Below, piece after piece: positions 8,830 through 18,129 of a stretch of DNA of 54,154 nucleotides. The stretch lies in the NCBI GenBank assembly GCA_045605205.1, contig JAZUPO010000229.1, forward strand, positions 1-54,154. The letters run 5' to 3'. The stretch is from Victivallaceae bacterium. GTDB taxonomy: Bacteria > Verrucomicrobiota > Lentisphaeria > Victivallales > Victivallaceae. The notes beneath the pieces were generated by a model. It searched no databases and was not told the origin of the DNA. It saw only the letters and a list, made by a program, of their open reading frames with translations. The first letter of the stretch is position 1. Every line of letters starts with the position of its first letter. The position numbers and the translations under genes are program-made.

Positions 8830-10290
8830 TTACAGATCGTGCCCGCAATAGGACAGATTGAAACTCTTGTTGCAGATAGGGAAATTTGAGATCTCTTCAT
8901 TTCTCAATGCCATTGCCAGACCGAACCAGTTGTGGAAAGAAGGATCAACGATCCTGCTTTGAGCAATGCCGCCTTTCTCATCGGTAACTGCGATCTGACA
9001 CAATTCTCCGCGCCACGCCCCGGTTATGGCAACTGCCAGTGAATTTTTCTGAAGTTTGTCTGCTTCAAAAGGTGTCATTACAGGGCCTTCGGCAAGATTC
9101 CGCAGATTTCTGTCGATAAAGTCAAGAGATGCAAAAATTTCATTATAACGGATCCTGGCTCTGCTCAGCACATCACCTGTGCCGCCGGGGACAGGTGCCG
9201 GAACATCCACCTTATAAAATCCGGCAGGCAATTCACGACGGACATCCATATCCATACCGGAAGCCCTCGCAGCACATCCCACAAGTCCTATGGAACGGGC
9301 CGTTTCAAGAGAAACACAACCGGTATTTTCAAAACGGTCAAGCACCGTGGGCGAATCGAACATCAAATCAAGAGCGTGTTTCAATTCAGGATTGATCCTG
9401 TCGAGCCACTTGAGCAGTTTCTCGCACCGGGCAGGTTCCACATCGTAACGCACGCCCCCCGGCTGAATGTAATTACGGCCGAAACGGTTGCCGCAGATTT
9501 CCGCAGTCATATTAAGATATTCACCTCTGATCCGTCCGCAGAAAGAAGCTGTGGGCAGATAAGCCACATCTCCGGCCAATGCCCCCAGATCACCGGTATG
9601 GTTTGCCACCCGTTCAAGTTCGATCATAAGGGCACGGAGCTGCTGAGCTCTGAGAGAGACATCTGTCCCGGAAAGAGCTTCAAAAAGAGAAGCTCCCCCT
9701 GTCGCAGCTGCGGCGGCACTGTCTCCTGCTGCCGATTCAAACAGCGGCAATGTTCTCGATGAAAAAGCTCCCTCAAGAAGTTTTTCAACACCCCGGGACT
9801 GATACCCAAGGGAGATTTCAAGAGAATAAACCTTTTCTCCCATACATTGAAAACGGAAATGTCCCGGCTCAATGACTCCGGCGTGAACAGGCCCCACTGC
9901 AACTTCATTGACCGCATCACCGGTCATCGTAAAGTACTCTCCGTCCGCCTTGCGAATGGGCTTCAGCCAGGGATGTCCCTGAGGCATATAGCCGTAACGC
10001 TCAAAAAGTTCCCGTTCAAACCAGTGAAACTGCGGAGCTTCAGGGGTAAGGGCGATATAATTTTTTTCTGCCCGGGCAGAGCCGCAATAGAGACACTGTT
10101 TTACGGAATCTATCATAAGGACAGTAAGCAATTCCTCTCCATCTTTGCGGAGCGGGAAAAGGGCTCCCACACGACATTTTTCATTTCCGACGGTGTCGAT
10201 CAACGTTTGTCTGAAATTGGCAAATTCAAGCACAGGTATCGCATCAAGGGAAACAGCACTGCAGTTTTTAAGTTCCAAAAAGTTTTTCAT
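8830..10290 (-). CDS. NuoC-NuoD / HycE-like large subunit lacking the NiFe cysteine ligands (Ehr-type)
   Basis: GPVHAGVIEPGHFRF and LIELERVANH are typical of HycE/NuoD. The L1 site reads ESAAGDSAAA instead of RxCGxCxxxH. The C-terminus reads SFNLSYCGHDL instead of DPCxxCxxR. The start is taken at ATG 10290, which makes an ATGA overlap with the upstream stop and has a GGAGG upstream. Confidence 0.85.
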   Translation of the reverse strand: MKNFLELKNCSAVSLDAIPVLEFANFRQTLIDTVGNEKCRVGALFPLRKDGEELLTVLMIDSVKQCLYCGSARAEKNYIALTPEAPQFHWFERELFERYGYMPQGHPWLKPIRKADGEYFTMTGDAVNEVAVGPVHAGVIEPGHFRFQCMGEKVYSLEISLGYQSRGVEKLLEGAFSSRTLPLFESAAGDSAAAAATGGASLFEALSGTDVSLRAQQLRALMIELERVANHTGDLGALAGDVAYLPTASFCGRIRGEYLNMTAEICGNRFGRNYIQPGGVRYDVEPARCEKLLKWLDRINPELKHALDLMFDSPTVLDRFENTGCVSLETARSIGLVGCAARASGMDMDVRRELPAGFYKVDVPAPVPGGTGDVLSRARIRYNEIFASLDFIDRNLRNLAEGPVMTPFEADKLQKNSLAVAITGAWRGELCQIAVTDEKGGIAQSRIVDPSFHNWFGLAMALRNEEISNFPICNKSFNLSYCGHDL

Positions 10291-11672
10291 TTCAACATTC
10301 CTCCGAACTTGGTCCAGAAATAAACCGCAAGAGCCAATGCGGCGACAAGCCCCGCAGCAGGAACCCAAATCAATTTTTCAGCCGGAGCGGCATCGACTTC
10401 AGCTTCTCCCGGCTTGCCCATCGTCATAGCAAGCACATTCTTTGTCATACCGGCAAAAATGATAAAAAGCAGAACTGCCACGGTCAAAGCCAACCACAAA
10501 GGTGCCGAACACAGCAATTTGAGCTCCGTTATAAACAACGGTGACGGCGGCACACCGCAAATCAGCAGCGTACCGGTCAGAAACAAAATAGCATTACGGG
10601 GCATAAGCGTGAAAAGTCCTGAAACTTTGCCGACCTGACGGGTCCCGCAGGCAAGAAGCAGGTTTCCGGCGAGCAGAAAGAGTGCCATCTTGACTGCTGA
10701 ATGAGCACACAAATGAGCGATCGTCAAATCCATACCGCACAGAGCAAAGATAATGGCAGCAATTCCCATATGTTCGATACTGCTGTAAGCAAGCATCCGT
10801 TTGAAATCCCCCTGATGAATGATGAAAAAGGCAGCAGTTGCCAATGAGATCACCCCCAGTACGATCATCAGATTTGAGCAAAAACTGCCGACCTGAGCCG
10901 GTGCCGCTGCTGCAAAACGGATTATTCCCACAAAGGAACAGTTGAGCAATCCTGCTGACAGCAAAGCTGACACAGCTCCCGGAGCTTCGCTGTGAGCATC
11001 GGGCAGCCAGGTGTGAAAGGGAGCCAGCCCCATCTTGGTACCGTATCCGGCAAGAGCCAGTACAAAGGCTGCCTTGTACCAACCGGGATCAAGGGAATTT
11101 TTGATCTTGAGAAACTCAGCGATCTGAAGATCGTGCAGCACAACTCCGCTGTTGCGGGCGGCAAAAGCAAGAAACAAAGTTCCCAGAAGTGCAAGACCGA
11201 TACCGACAGAACAGATCAGCAGATATTTCCACATAGCTTCAAGAGCCCTGCCGGAACGGTGAAACAGGATCAAAGGAGCACTGAAAAGCGTAGTTGCTTC
11301 GATCGCCACCCACATAACGCCGTAGTTTTGAGAAAACAGCACCAACGTCATCGTGGAAAGAAACAGAGGCAGGCAAATACCCAATACCATTTTTGATTTA
11401 TCTGAAGTTTCTTCTGCTTTGAGCCCAAAGGTACAATATACTGTGACAGCCAGATAAAGCAGTGAAGTCAGCAGCAGCAGCGTTGCCTCATAGTCCGACG
11501 TAAGGCCGATCCAGCGTCCGGCAAAACGCAGTTCAACACTTTTCAGGATGAATGCCAAATGCAAGAGGCTTCCTGACAGCAGCAAGGTACGGCTGTAAGT
11601 TCCTTTGAGCAGAGCAGCAGCCAGTGCGGTCAAAAGGGGGACTGTTATTGAAAGAATGGGAAACAGATTCAT
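10287..11672 (-). CDS. NuoN/NuoM/HyfF-like antiporter-type membrane subunit
   Basis: A 461-aa polytopic protein with Mrp/complex-I antiporter motifs (GLAPFHTWLPDAH, LAYSSIEHMG). Confidence 0.85.
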   Translation of the reverse strand: MNLFPILSITVPLLTALAAALLKGTYSRTLLLSGSLLHLAFILKSVELRFAGRWIGLTSDYEATLLLLTSLLYLAVTVYCTFGLKAEETSDKSKMVLGICLPLFLSTMTLVLFSQNYGVMWVAIEATTLFSAPLILFHRSGRALEAMWKYLLICSVGIGLALLGTLFLAFAARNSGVVLHDLQIAEFLKIKNSLDPGWYKAAFVLALAGYGTKMGLAPFHTWLPDAHSEAPGAVSALLSAGLLNCSFVGIIRFAAAAPAQVGSFCSNLMIVLGVISLATAAFFIIHQGDFKRMLAYSSIEHMGIAAIIFALCGMDLTIAHLCAHSAVKMALFLLAGNLLLACGTRQVGKVSGLFTLMPRNAILFLTGTLLICGVPPSPLFITELKLLCSAPLWLALTVAVLLFIIFAGMTKNVLAMTMGKPGEAEVDAAPAEKLIWVPAAGLVAALALAVYFWTKFGGMLK

Positions 11673-12335
11673 TTATTTACCCTCCCCGGTATCGGTCAAA
11701 AGATTCAAACGGTCAGCATCGATATGCTCGAATTCACGGCTGATCTGGAATACGGCGATCCCCATAACAAAGACAAGCACAAGAACGTCGAGCAAGATCC
11801 CCAGCTCCACAAAAAAGCCGTATTCAAGATGCATTGCCACCCCAAACAGTGCGATGCCGTTTTCAAAAGCAAGAAATCCCAACGCCTGAGTGATAGCCTT
11901 GCGGCGGGAAATGATAATAAACAAACCGGTAAAAACAGTCATTGCCGCAGCAGGCACCGCAAGAACGGGGACACCGGAAAGTTCAAGAGTACGGGAAAGC
12001 CAGAGGGCAAGAGTTCCCGCAATGGTAATGATCAGAAGCGACCAGGAATATCCGGCAAGGGGTTCAAGTTCACGCTTGACTCCGGCTTTATGCATTGCAC
12101 GCACCAGCATTACAGGAAGCAGCACACCCTTGACTGTAATATTGATCAAACTGGAAAGCCAGAATTCACATCCCGGGATACCGGATTCCCAATTCCACAT
12201 AAAGCAGGGCAGGATCCCCAGCAATATTCCCTGCAGAGCCACCAAACGGATGCAATGCAGCAGACGGCTGGAGGCACTGAGCAAAAGACACACCGCCATA
12301 AAGGCAGTAAGAATCAGATCGACTGTCATATTCAT
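11673..12335 (-). CDS. HyfE-like small membrane subunit
   Basis: FENGIALFGVA...VELGILLDVLVLVFVMGI resembles E. coli HyfE (MENGSHL...VEIGIATD, recalled from memory). The start is taken at ATG 12335, an ATGA overlap with the upstream stop. Confidence 0.75.
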   Translation of the reverse strand: MNMTVDLILTAFMAVCLLLSASSRLLHCIRLVALQGILLGILPCFMWNWESGIPGCEFWLSSLINITVKGVLLPVMLVRAMHKAGVKRELEPLAGYSWSLLIITIAGTLALWLSRTLELSGVPVLAVPAAAMTVFTGLFIIISRRKAITQALGFLAFENGIALFGVAMHLEYGFFVELGILLDVLVLVFVMGIAVFQISREFEHIDADRLNLLTDTGEGK

Positions 12336-13264
12336 TTGGAACCTCCCAAAAGAAGCAGCAGAGCCCAAGCTCCGAATTCAATACAAAATCCCCCCATAAG
12401 CATTTGAGGCACTTTAAGAAAACGGTATCTGGCCATCATAGATTCTGTGACACCCACTGCAACGGCAAGGATAAAACAAATACCGGTCATAACCAAAGTT
12501 CCCATCCAGGGAGAAAGAGCTCCGGCCGGAATGATCAGTGCCGCAAACATCGCACCGAAAATCCACAACTTGAGCCCTGCCCCGTAATGGATAAACGCCA
12601 AATCGGGACCGCTGTTATCGAGGATCATTGCTTCGTGGATCATCGTCAGCTCAAGATGGGTTTCAGGATCATCCACCGGCACACGGCAGCATTCAGTAAG
12701 AAGCACAACATACAAAGCCACAGCAGAAAGCACCATTGAAGGAGCAGCAGCTCCCCAGAAATCACAGGGACGGCCGCAAAGCATAACTGATAATTCACAG
12801 CTGCCGCTTTGTATGGCAAGGAAGGCCAGCAACAGCAGCAGTGTGCCTTCAGAGATCACAGAAAACTGCAATTCCCGGGCAGCTCCCATCCCTTCAAAAC
12901 TTGACGCTGTATCAAGAGCTCCGAGAACTGTCAGCATCCGTCCCAGTCCGAGAAGATAGAGAAAGAGCAGAGCATCCCCCTGAAATCCCAGGGGGGATTG
13001 AGCATATCCCAGAGGCAGAAAAAGCAGAGCCATAAGACAGGCGGCCAATGTCCCCACCGGAGCAATTCTGAAAATCCAGGTTGAACTGGTGCTGTAAACA
13101 GTGCCTTTACGCAGCAGTTTGAATATATCATACCAGGTCTGCATAATCCTGGGGCCTTTGCGTCCGGCAAAAAATGCTTTGACCTTATTGATCACCCCGA
13201 AAAGCACAGGGGCCAGGATCAATGCCAGCAATGCGTTGATAATAAAATATTTCATTTGTACCAC
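12332..13264 (-). CDS. NuoH/HycD/HyfC-like membrane subunit
   Basis: A 310-aa polytopic protein. Its N-terminus (GRKGPRIMQTWYDIFKLL) and its acidic loop (PVDDPETHLELTMIHEAM) are typical of HycD/NuoH. Confidence 0.85.
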   Translation of the reverse strand: MVQMKYFIINALLALILAPVLFGVINKVKAFFAGRKGPRIMQTWYDIFKLLRKGTVYSTSSTWIFRIAPVGTLAACLMALLFLPLGYAQSPLGFQGDALLFLYLLGLGRMLTVLGALDTASSFEGMGAARELQFSVISEGTLLLLLAFLAIQSGSCELSVMLCGRPCDFWGAAAPSMVLSAVALYVVLLTECCRVPVDDPETHLELTMIHEAMILDNSGPDLAFIHYGAGLKLWIFGAMFAALIIPAGALSPWMGTLVMTGICFILAVAVGVTESMMARYRFLKVPQMLMGGFCIEFGAWALLLLLGGSK

Positions 13265-13265
13265 C

Positions 13266-15098
13266 TCAACAAAGGATCGCCCAGACGATCATAGCAATAA
13301 GAGCTATGGTCATAATCAATACATACATATGAAGATATCCCGACTGGAACTTGTGGACCCGGTCAGATATCCCGGCAAAAAACTTGAACAGGGGAGCCCA
13401 GAAAAAACGTTCAGAGCCGTCAGGAGCGTTCCATTCAAAGGAGGCTTTTTCCGGGAAAAGTCCTTTGGGGGGCTCCACTTTGCGGCGGATCCGCAAAAAG
13501 CCGTTGAACAAATCGGCAAGAGCCTGTACCACAGCACTGCCGGTATACTCCATTCTGGCTGTAGGTTTGGCATAGCCGCAATCCCAAGTGGGACCGGAAA
13601 GATTTTCTCTTCCCCGTACCAAAACGTATCTCCGCCAGAAAAAACCCCAGGCACACAAAGCGTAAAACACCGCAGAAAAAATTGCAGCCAGCCACAGGAT
13701 ATCCACAACTTTTCTGCCGACGGGAAGACCTTTCAACAGAAATTCCCCTGCCAACGGTGCAGCAAAAACACTCAAAACAGCAAAACTCAGCAGAACGATC
13801 ATCGGCACATACATCCAGGGGGATTCTTTACCGCACTCTGAGATCTGCCGGGGTTCCCCGAGAAAAGTTCCGCCCACAGCCTTGGCAAAAGCAACCACGG
13901 CACAGGCACCGGTAAGACTGAGCACAAGTGCACAGAGGATCCCCGCCCCGCGGAGCATCATCGAATTTGAACAGATCCCGGCAAAAGCAGCAAGATATAT
14001 CATCAATTCCCCGATGAAGCCGTTAAAAGGCGGAAGTCCGGAAATCCCCAGAGAGGCCAGGGTGAAACAACTTCCGGTAACCGGTGTCTTTTTCATCATT
14101 CCGCCCATTTTATCAATGGAAAGAGTCCCCCTTGAACAATACACCTGCCCTGCCCCCAAAAACAACGTCCCCTTAAGCAGAGCGTGATTGATGATATGCA
14201 ATACAAATCCCAATCCGGCAAAAACAACCATTTCTGTGTGTTGATTGTGAGCTGCAAGAAACACACTCCCGAGAGCGATGGAAATGATCCCCATATTCTC
14301 AATACTGCTGTATGCAAGAAGCCGCTTCAAATTGTCCTGAGCAAAAGCAAAGACGATCCCCCCGAGACTTCCGATGCAGCCGAGGATCAGCAGCGTCCAT
14401 CCGAAAAATGCAAAAGGCGACTGAAGCAATGCCGCTTCAGGAAATACAAAATTCAAGATCCCCCAGAAACCGAGATTGATCATCGCTCCCGACATAATGG
14501 CCGACACGGGAGCAGGAGCCGCCGGATGAGCTTCAGGCAGCCAGAGATGAAGCAGAGGGAATCCGGCTTTCAATCCGAAGCCGGCCATTCCGATGGCGAT
14601 AAGCAGATATCCGGGAACTCCCGCCTTATGGGCAAGTGCCCAAAAGAGCATCAGCAGCACTCCTCCGGCTTCACAGGCAAGCAGATAGATCCAAGCCACC
14701 CGTTTAAGTTCTTCAGCTTTGTAATTGAACATCACCAGCACAAAACTGAAAATCCCCATAAGCTCCCAGACGATCAGAAAAGGAACAAACTCTGAGATCA
14801 AAGGCAAAGCCAGCATCGTCGCCACAGTCAAATTAAAAAATCCCCAGTAGATCCCGGGATTACCGTGCCCCTTGATGTATGCAAGTGAATGAAAGGCAGC
14901 AGCAGGAGCCAATATAAGAGTCGGCAGCATAAAGAGAGCCGCCAAGCCCGGCTGCGAGATACATATACCGGCCAGTCCGGTGACGGCGGCAATAAGTGTT
15001 CCGGCAATTCCCACCGCTCCGGCAAGATTGCCCCACCGGCAACAAAGCAAAGCCAACACACCGGCGATGGCTGCTGTGCCTGCACTCCAATAAATCAT
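13266..15098 (-). CDS. NuoL/HyfB/HycC-like antiporter-type membrane subunit
   Basis: A 610-aa polytopic protein with GFPLLHLWLPEAHPAAP and LAYSSIENMG motifs. It is the first gene of the operon and has a GGAGGT RBS. Confidence 0.85.
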   Translation of the reverse strand: MIYWSAGTAAIAGVLALLCCRWGNLAGAVGIAGTLIAAVTGLAGICISQPGLAALFMLPTLILAPAAAFHSLAYIKGHGNPGIYWGFFNLTVATMLALPLISEFVPFLIVWELMGIFSFVLVMFNYKAEELKRVAWIYLLACEAGGVLLMLFWALAHKAGVPGYLLIAIGMAGFGLKAGFPLLHLWLPEAHPAAPAPVSAIMSGAMINLGFWGILNFVFPEAALLQSPFAFFGWTLLILGCIGSLGGIVFAFAQDNLKRLLAYSSIENMGIISIALGSVFLAAHNQHTEMVVFAGLGFVLHIINHALLKGTLFLGAGQVYCSRGTLSIDKMGGMMKKTPVTGSCFTLASLGISGLPPFNGFIGELMIYLAAFAGICSNSMMLRGAGILCALVLSLTGACAVVAFAKAVGGTFLGEPRQISECGKESPWMYVPMIVLLSFAVLSVFAAPLAGEFLLKGLPVGRKVVDILWLAAIFSAVFYALCAWGFFWRRYVLVRGRENLSGPTWDCGYAKPTARMEYTGSAVVQALADLFNGFLRIRRKVEPPKGLFPEKASFEWNAPDGSERFFWAPLFKFFAGISDRVHKFQSGYLHMYVLIMTIALIAMIVWAILC

Positions 15099-15136
15099 AA
15101 TACGCTTTTACCTCCACGTTTTTTGAGCATCTTATT

Positions 15137-15165
15137 AATATACCACCAAACAGGAGTTTTTTCAA
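15137..15165 (-). promoter_or_regulatory. Putative promoter of the Ehr-like operon (TTGAAA-17-TGgTATATT)
   Basis: A -35 hexamer, 17-nt spacer and extended -10 on the minus strand, about 40 nt upstream of ATG 15098. Confidence 0.45.
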
Positions 15166-15178
15166 TAACAAAAGCGTA

Positions 15179-15952
15179 TCAGAACATCAATTTGTAAAGT
15201 AAATTTCCCCCGAGCATAACCCCGGCAACAATAAGCACAGTATAAACAAGAAAGGTAAATTTCCGTTGATCCGCTTTGTTATGCAGATAGTCCCCAAACA
15301 TCATACCGGCGGCAATAAAGGGAAGCATTCCCAGGATCATCCGCCCCATTTGCGGTGTCCATACCGTACCGGACAACGTCCATTTGGCAACCATAACCGT
15401 ATTGGTCGTCAGCCACAGGGAACTTAAAACAGCCCGGAACCTTGATTTTTCTTTCAAGGCTTTTGACGCATACATCACAACCACCGGCCCGCCGGAACTG
15501 AAAGCCCCCTGAATAATGCCTCCGGTAAAAAGTACGATACGGGAAAGGAAACTCTTTTTTGCAGGGATTTCAGATACAACAGCACATTTCTTTGAACGTA
15601 ACGAAAGCAATCCCCTGATCCCCACAAAAAACATAAAGCAGACCAACAGTGCAATAAGCCATTCTTTGGGCAAACTGTCCATCATAAAAAGTCCGACGGG
15701 CACTCCCAGCCCGACGTGAAGAACAATAAATCCGTATTCCCGCCAATCCAAATCACGCCGGGAACGCAGCACAATAAACAGTGAAAGCAAGATGCTCAGA
15801 GATGAAAGTACCGGAACCGCCTTGTCCACACCGATTAGCATAGCAATAAAAGGCAGAGCCATAACAGTCGATCCGAAACCGGCGATACCTTCAACAGTAA
15901 AGGTAGTAAAGACCACACTTCCGGCAATAAGTACGATCAGCCATTCATTCAT
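15179..15952 (-). CDS. TauE/SafE-family anion exporter membrane protein
   Basis: A polytopic ~257-aa protein with a GFGST motif and an internal repeat. ATG 15952 is chosen because the predicted promoter (15984-16012) lies inside the longer TTG-initiated ORF. Confidence 0.7.
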   Translation of the reverse strand: MNEWLIVLIAGSVVFTTFTVEGIAGFGSTVMALPFIAMLIGVDKAVPVLSSLSILLSLFIVLRSRRDLDWREYGFIVLHVGLGVPVGLFMMDSLPKEWLIALLVCFMFFVGIRGLLSLRSKKCAVVSEIPAKKSFLSRIVLFTGGIIQGAFSSGGPVVVMYASKALKEKSRFRAVLSSLWLTTNTVMVAKWTLSGTVWTPQMGRMILGMLPFIAAGMMFGDYLHNKADQRKFTFLVYTVLIVAGVMLGGNLLYKLMF

Positions 15953-15983
15953 AAAAAAATCTGCTCCCTGAAAAAATTTTCTT

Positions 15984-16012
15984 AATATACTTCTCAATCT
16001 CTGTTTTTGCAA
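15984..16012 (-). promoter_or_regulatory. Putative promoter of the TauE-family gene (TTGCAA-17-TATATT)
   Basis: Minus-strand hexamers. The promoter is divergent from the one at 16023-16051. Confidence 0.4.
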
Positions 16013-16022
16013 ATAAAAGCCC

Positions 16023-16051
16023 TTGAATTATCCTGCAACCGGTGTTATATT
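16023..16051 (+). promoter_or_regulatory. Putative promoter of the isomerase-PHP operon (TTGAAT-17-TGtTATATT)
   Basis: Plus-strand hexamers with an extended -10, 35 nt upstream of ATG 16086. Confidence 0.45.
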
Positions 16052-16085
16052 TTGTCTGTCAGAAGTCAATCAATCAGGAAGCAAT

Positions 16086-16862
16086 ATGAAAAATCTCGTT
16101 CACTTCGTCCGCTGGGAAGTCATCCCGCAGGAAACTTGGGATAAAGTTTTTGAAGAACTCCCCGGCTGGGGAGTCACCCATACAGTTGCCCATCCCCTTT
16201 GGGGGAAACTGGAACGGCAAACGCCCGGAACTTTGAACAAGATCAAACAAAGGTGCGATTCCCTGGGATTGAGCACTCCCGGTTGTCACGCTTTCTGGGG
16301 TAAGGGAAACGATATCGGCTGTGATGATCCCGTCCGCCACAAAGAGTTGGTCAGAGAACACAATATTTTTCTTGAACAGCTTGCTGAGATGAAGGTAAAA
16401 ACATACACCCTTCATTTGGGGCTCAGCTCTGCTTCCGGGTCCTGGGAGTATGTCAGACGTTCTGTTGAGAAACTTTTGCCCACCGCCGTTAAAAATGATA
16501 TTGTTCTGGCCCTTGAAAACGGCAGCGAAACACCGGAGGATCTGCAGAAAATGACAGCTCTTGCAGATGAATTCGACTCCGAACATCTGGGATTCTGTTT
16601 TGACACGGGCCACGCCAACTGTTACGGAACCAAGAATGTCACTGAACTTCTTTCATTGATGTCACCAAGGATCGCCGTGCTTCATCTCCACGACAACTAC
16701 GGCTCCTTTGATGACCACAATCCCCCCGGCGGCGGCAATATCGACTGGGCAGAGCTTGTTCCCAAACTGAAAAGTTTGCCCAATTTACGCAATCCTGAAA
16801 CTGAATCAGGCGACTGGGGCCGGGAATCCTGGGAGTCTTTCCAAAAAATGTGGAACTTTTGA
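16086..16862 (+). CDS. Sugar phosphate isomerase/epimerase (xylose-isomerase-like TIM barrel)
   Basis: LALENG, CFDTGHAN and LHLHDN metal-ligand motifs are present. ATG 16086 follows an AGGAAG RBS and lies downstream of the promoter at 16023-16051. Confidence 0.8.
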   Translation: MKNLVHFVRWEVIPQETWDKVFEELPGWGVTHTVAHPLWGKLERQTPGTLNKIKQRCDSLGLSTPGCHAFWGKGNDIGCDDPVRHKELVREHNIFLEQLAEMKVKTYTLHLGLSSASGSWEYVRRSVEKLLPTAVKNDIVLALENGSETPEDLQKMTALADEFDSEHLGFCFDTGHANCYGTKNVTELLSLMSPRIAVLHLHDNYGSFDDHNPPGGGNIDWAELVPKLKSLPNLRNPETESGDWGRESWESFQKMWNF

Positions 16863-16891
16863 TCCTTTAATATTATTAACGAGGTAAAAAT

Positions 16892-17800
16892 ATGTCTGAA
16901 CAGCTTGCATCCTTTGACTTTCATCTTCACACCTGTTGGAGCTACGATGCCACAGCTCCCGTAGAAAATTACTTTGCAATGGCAGAAAAACTGGGAGTTT
17001 CCCATATCGCCATTACAGAACATCATCAGATGGACTCCCTGCCCGAAGCTATTGAAGCGGCAAAAAAACATCCTTCCGTCAACTATATTCCCGCTGCGGA
17101 GCTGACCGTCCACAGTCCCAAAGGCACCTTTGATATGGTCTGCCTGGGACTGCCTCTTGTACCCACGCCTGAATTGCAGCAGGTCTTTGCCGCCTACCAT
17201 AACTGGCAGCGTGCTTACGGTGACGCCCTCTGTGCATTGCTCTCTATTGAAGGTTATCCCTACTGCCGCAAAGAACGGGAAATTCTGCTGAAACGTTACC
17301 GTCCCCAGAAAACCATTGATGTGCAGGGTATCACTCACGTTCAGAACAGCGTTCAAAATGACTACCTCATCAAAGAGAAAAAACTTTTTGCTGACACTGA
17401 TGCCAAAAACAATGTTGTCTGGAATTCCAGTTACCCGATGCCCCCCTACCCCGAATATGATTTCGTTCTCCCCGCTGTCAAACGGGCGGGGGGACTGGTA
17501 TTCATCGCCCACCCCAAAGGTTATTTCCGCGGCCAGGATCTTTACCGTATGGACGAACTGCGTGAAATGCTTGACTTCGACGGTATCGAATGTGCCCACA
17601 CTTCAATTCCTCACGATCTGACCCCCTTCTACCGTCAGTATTGTTTGGATCACGGTCTGCTTTCCACCGCAGGAAGCGACACCCACTCCACCGGTGACGG
17701 TCCCTACCACTTCGGCAAAGAGTGCCATTTTGCCACCCATATCGGCGAAAAACGCTATGTGGAAGAAATTTTGGAAAGAATTTCTGTATTCCGCCCTTGA
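16892..17800 (+). CDS. PHP-domain metal-dependent phosphoesterase
   Basis: FDFHLHTCWSYDA and HIAITEHH are PHP motifs, and AGSDTH occurs near the C-terminus. Confidence 0.8.
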   Translation: MSEQLASFDFHLHTCWSYDATAPVENYFAMAEKLGVSHIAITEHHQMDSLPEAIEAAKKHPSVNYIPAAELTVHSPKGTFDMVCLGLPLVPTPELQQVFAAYHNWQRAYGDALCALLSIEGYPYCRKEREILLKRYRPQKTIDVQGITHVQNSVQNDYLIKEKKLFADTDAKNNVVWNSSYPMPPYPEYDFVLPAVKRAGGLVFIAHPKGYFRGQDLYRMDELREMLDFDGIECAHTSIPHDLTPFYRQYCLDHGLLSTAGSDTHSTGDGPYHFGKECHFATHIGEKRYVEEILERISVFRP

Positions 17801-17825
17801 CATTTGACACAATTGGGTGTATATT
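17797..17825 (+). promoter_or_regulatory. Putative promoter of the small-basic-protein gene (TTGACA-17-TATATT)
   Basis: A perfect -35 hexamer that overlaps the stop of the PHP gene. Confidence 0.5.
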
Positions 17826-17882
17826 TAATAAATAATAGTAAACAAACAACTAATGATAACATAAAAAGAAGCGAGGTATACA

Positions 17883-18038
17883 ATGTCCCAGCATCCCAGT
17901 CTCCGCGTGGGCGGCAAGATCCGCAAAGTCCGTAATGTTATGAAGCGCTATGAGCGTATCAATGTGCTCCGGGATTCCGGCCGCATTGCTGAGGACAAAG
18001 TTCTCGGACTTCCCAAGACCAAACCGGTTGAAATGTAA
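17883..18038 (+). CDS. Small basic protein (51 aa; Chlamydiota/Verrucomicrobiota-type SBP family, from memory)
   Basis: Not in the ORF track because it is under 60 aa. It encodes MSQHPSLRVGGKIRKVRNVMKRYERINVLRDSGRIAEDKVLGLPKTKPVEM. A GAGG RBS lies 8 nt upstream, a consensus promoter is at 17797-17825, and a strong terminator is at 18064-18101. Confidence 0.7.
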   Translation: MSQHPSLRVGGKIRKVRNVMKRYERINVLRDSGRIAEDKVLGLPKTKPVEM

Positions 18039-18063
18039 TTTGAAACCTTACGGTCAAAAAGAA

Positions 18064-18101
18064 AGCCTCTGGATTTGATTCCGGAGGCTTTTTTATTTTT
18101 T
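18064..18101 (+). terminator. Rho-independent terminator after the small-basic-protein gene
   Basis: The stem is AGCCTCTGGA / TCCGGAGGCT (one G-T pair), the loop is TTTGAT, and the tail is TTTTTTATTTTTTT. Confidence 0.6.
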
Positions 18102-18129
18102 TGGGCAGCTTTCAGCAGAGAGATGAATT

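Noticed and set aside
8830-10368. Calling this operon a formate hydrogenlyase / hydrogenase-4 with a functional [NiFe] large subunit. Also, using the Cys-rich N-terminal extension MGSCCGACRRIGSCG of the long ORF as a metal site.
   Set aside because: All four canonical NiFe ligand positions are non-cysteine. The Cys-rich extension lies inside the upstream gene. The ATG at 10290 has an ATGA overlap and a GGAGG RBS, so the extension is almost certainly not translated.
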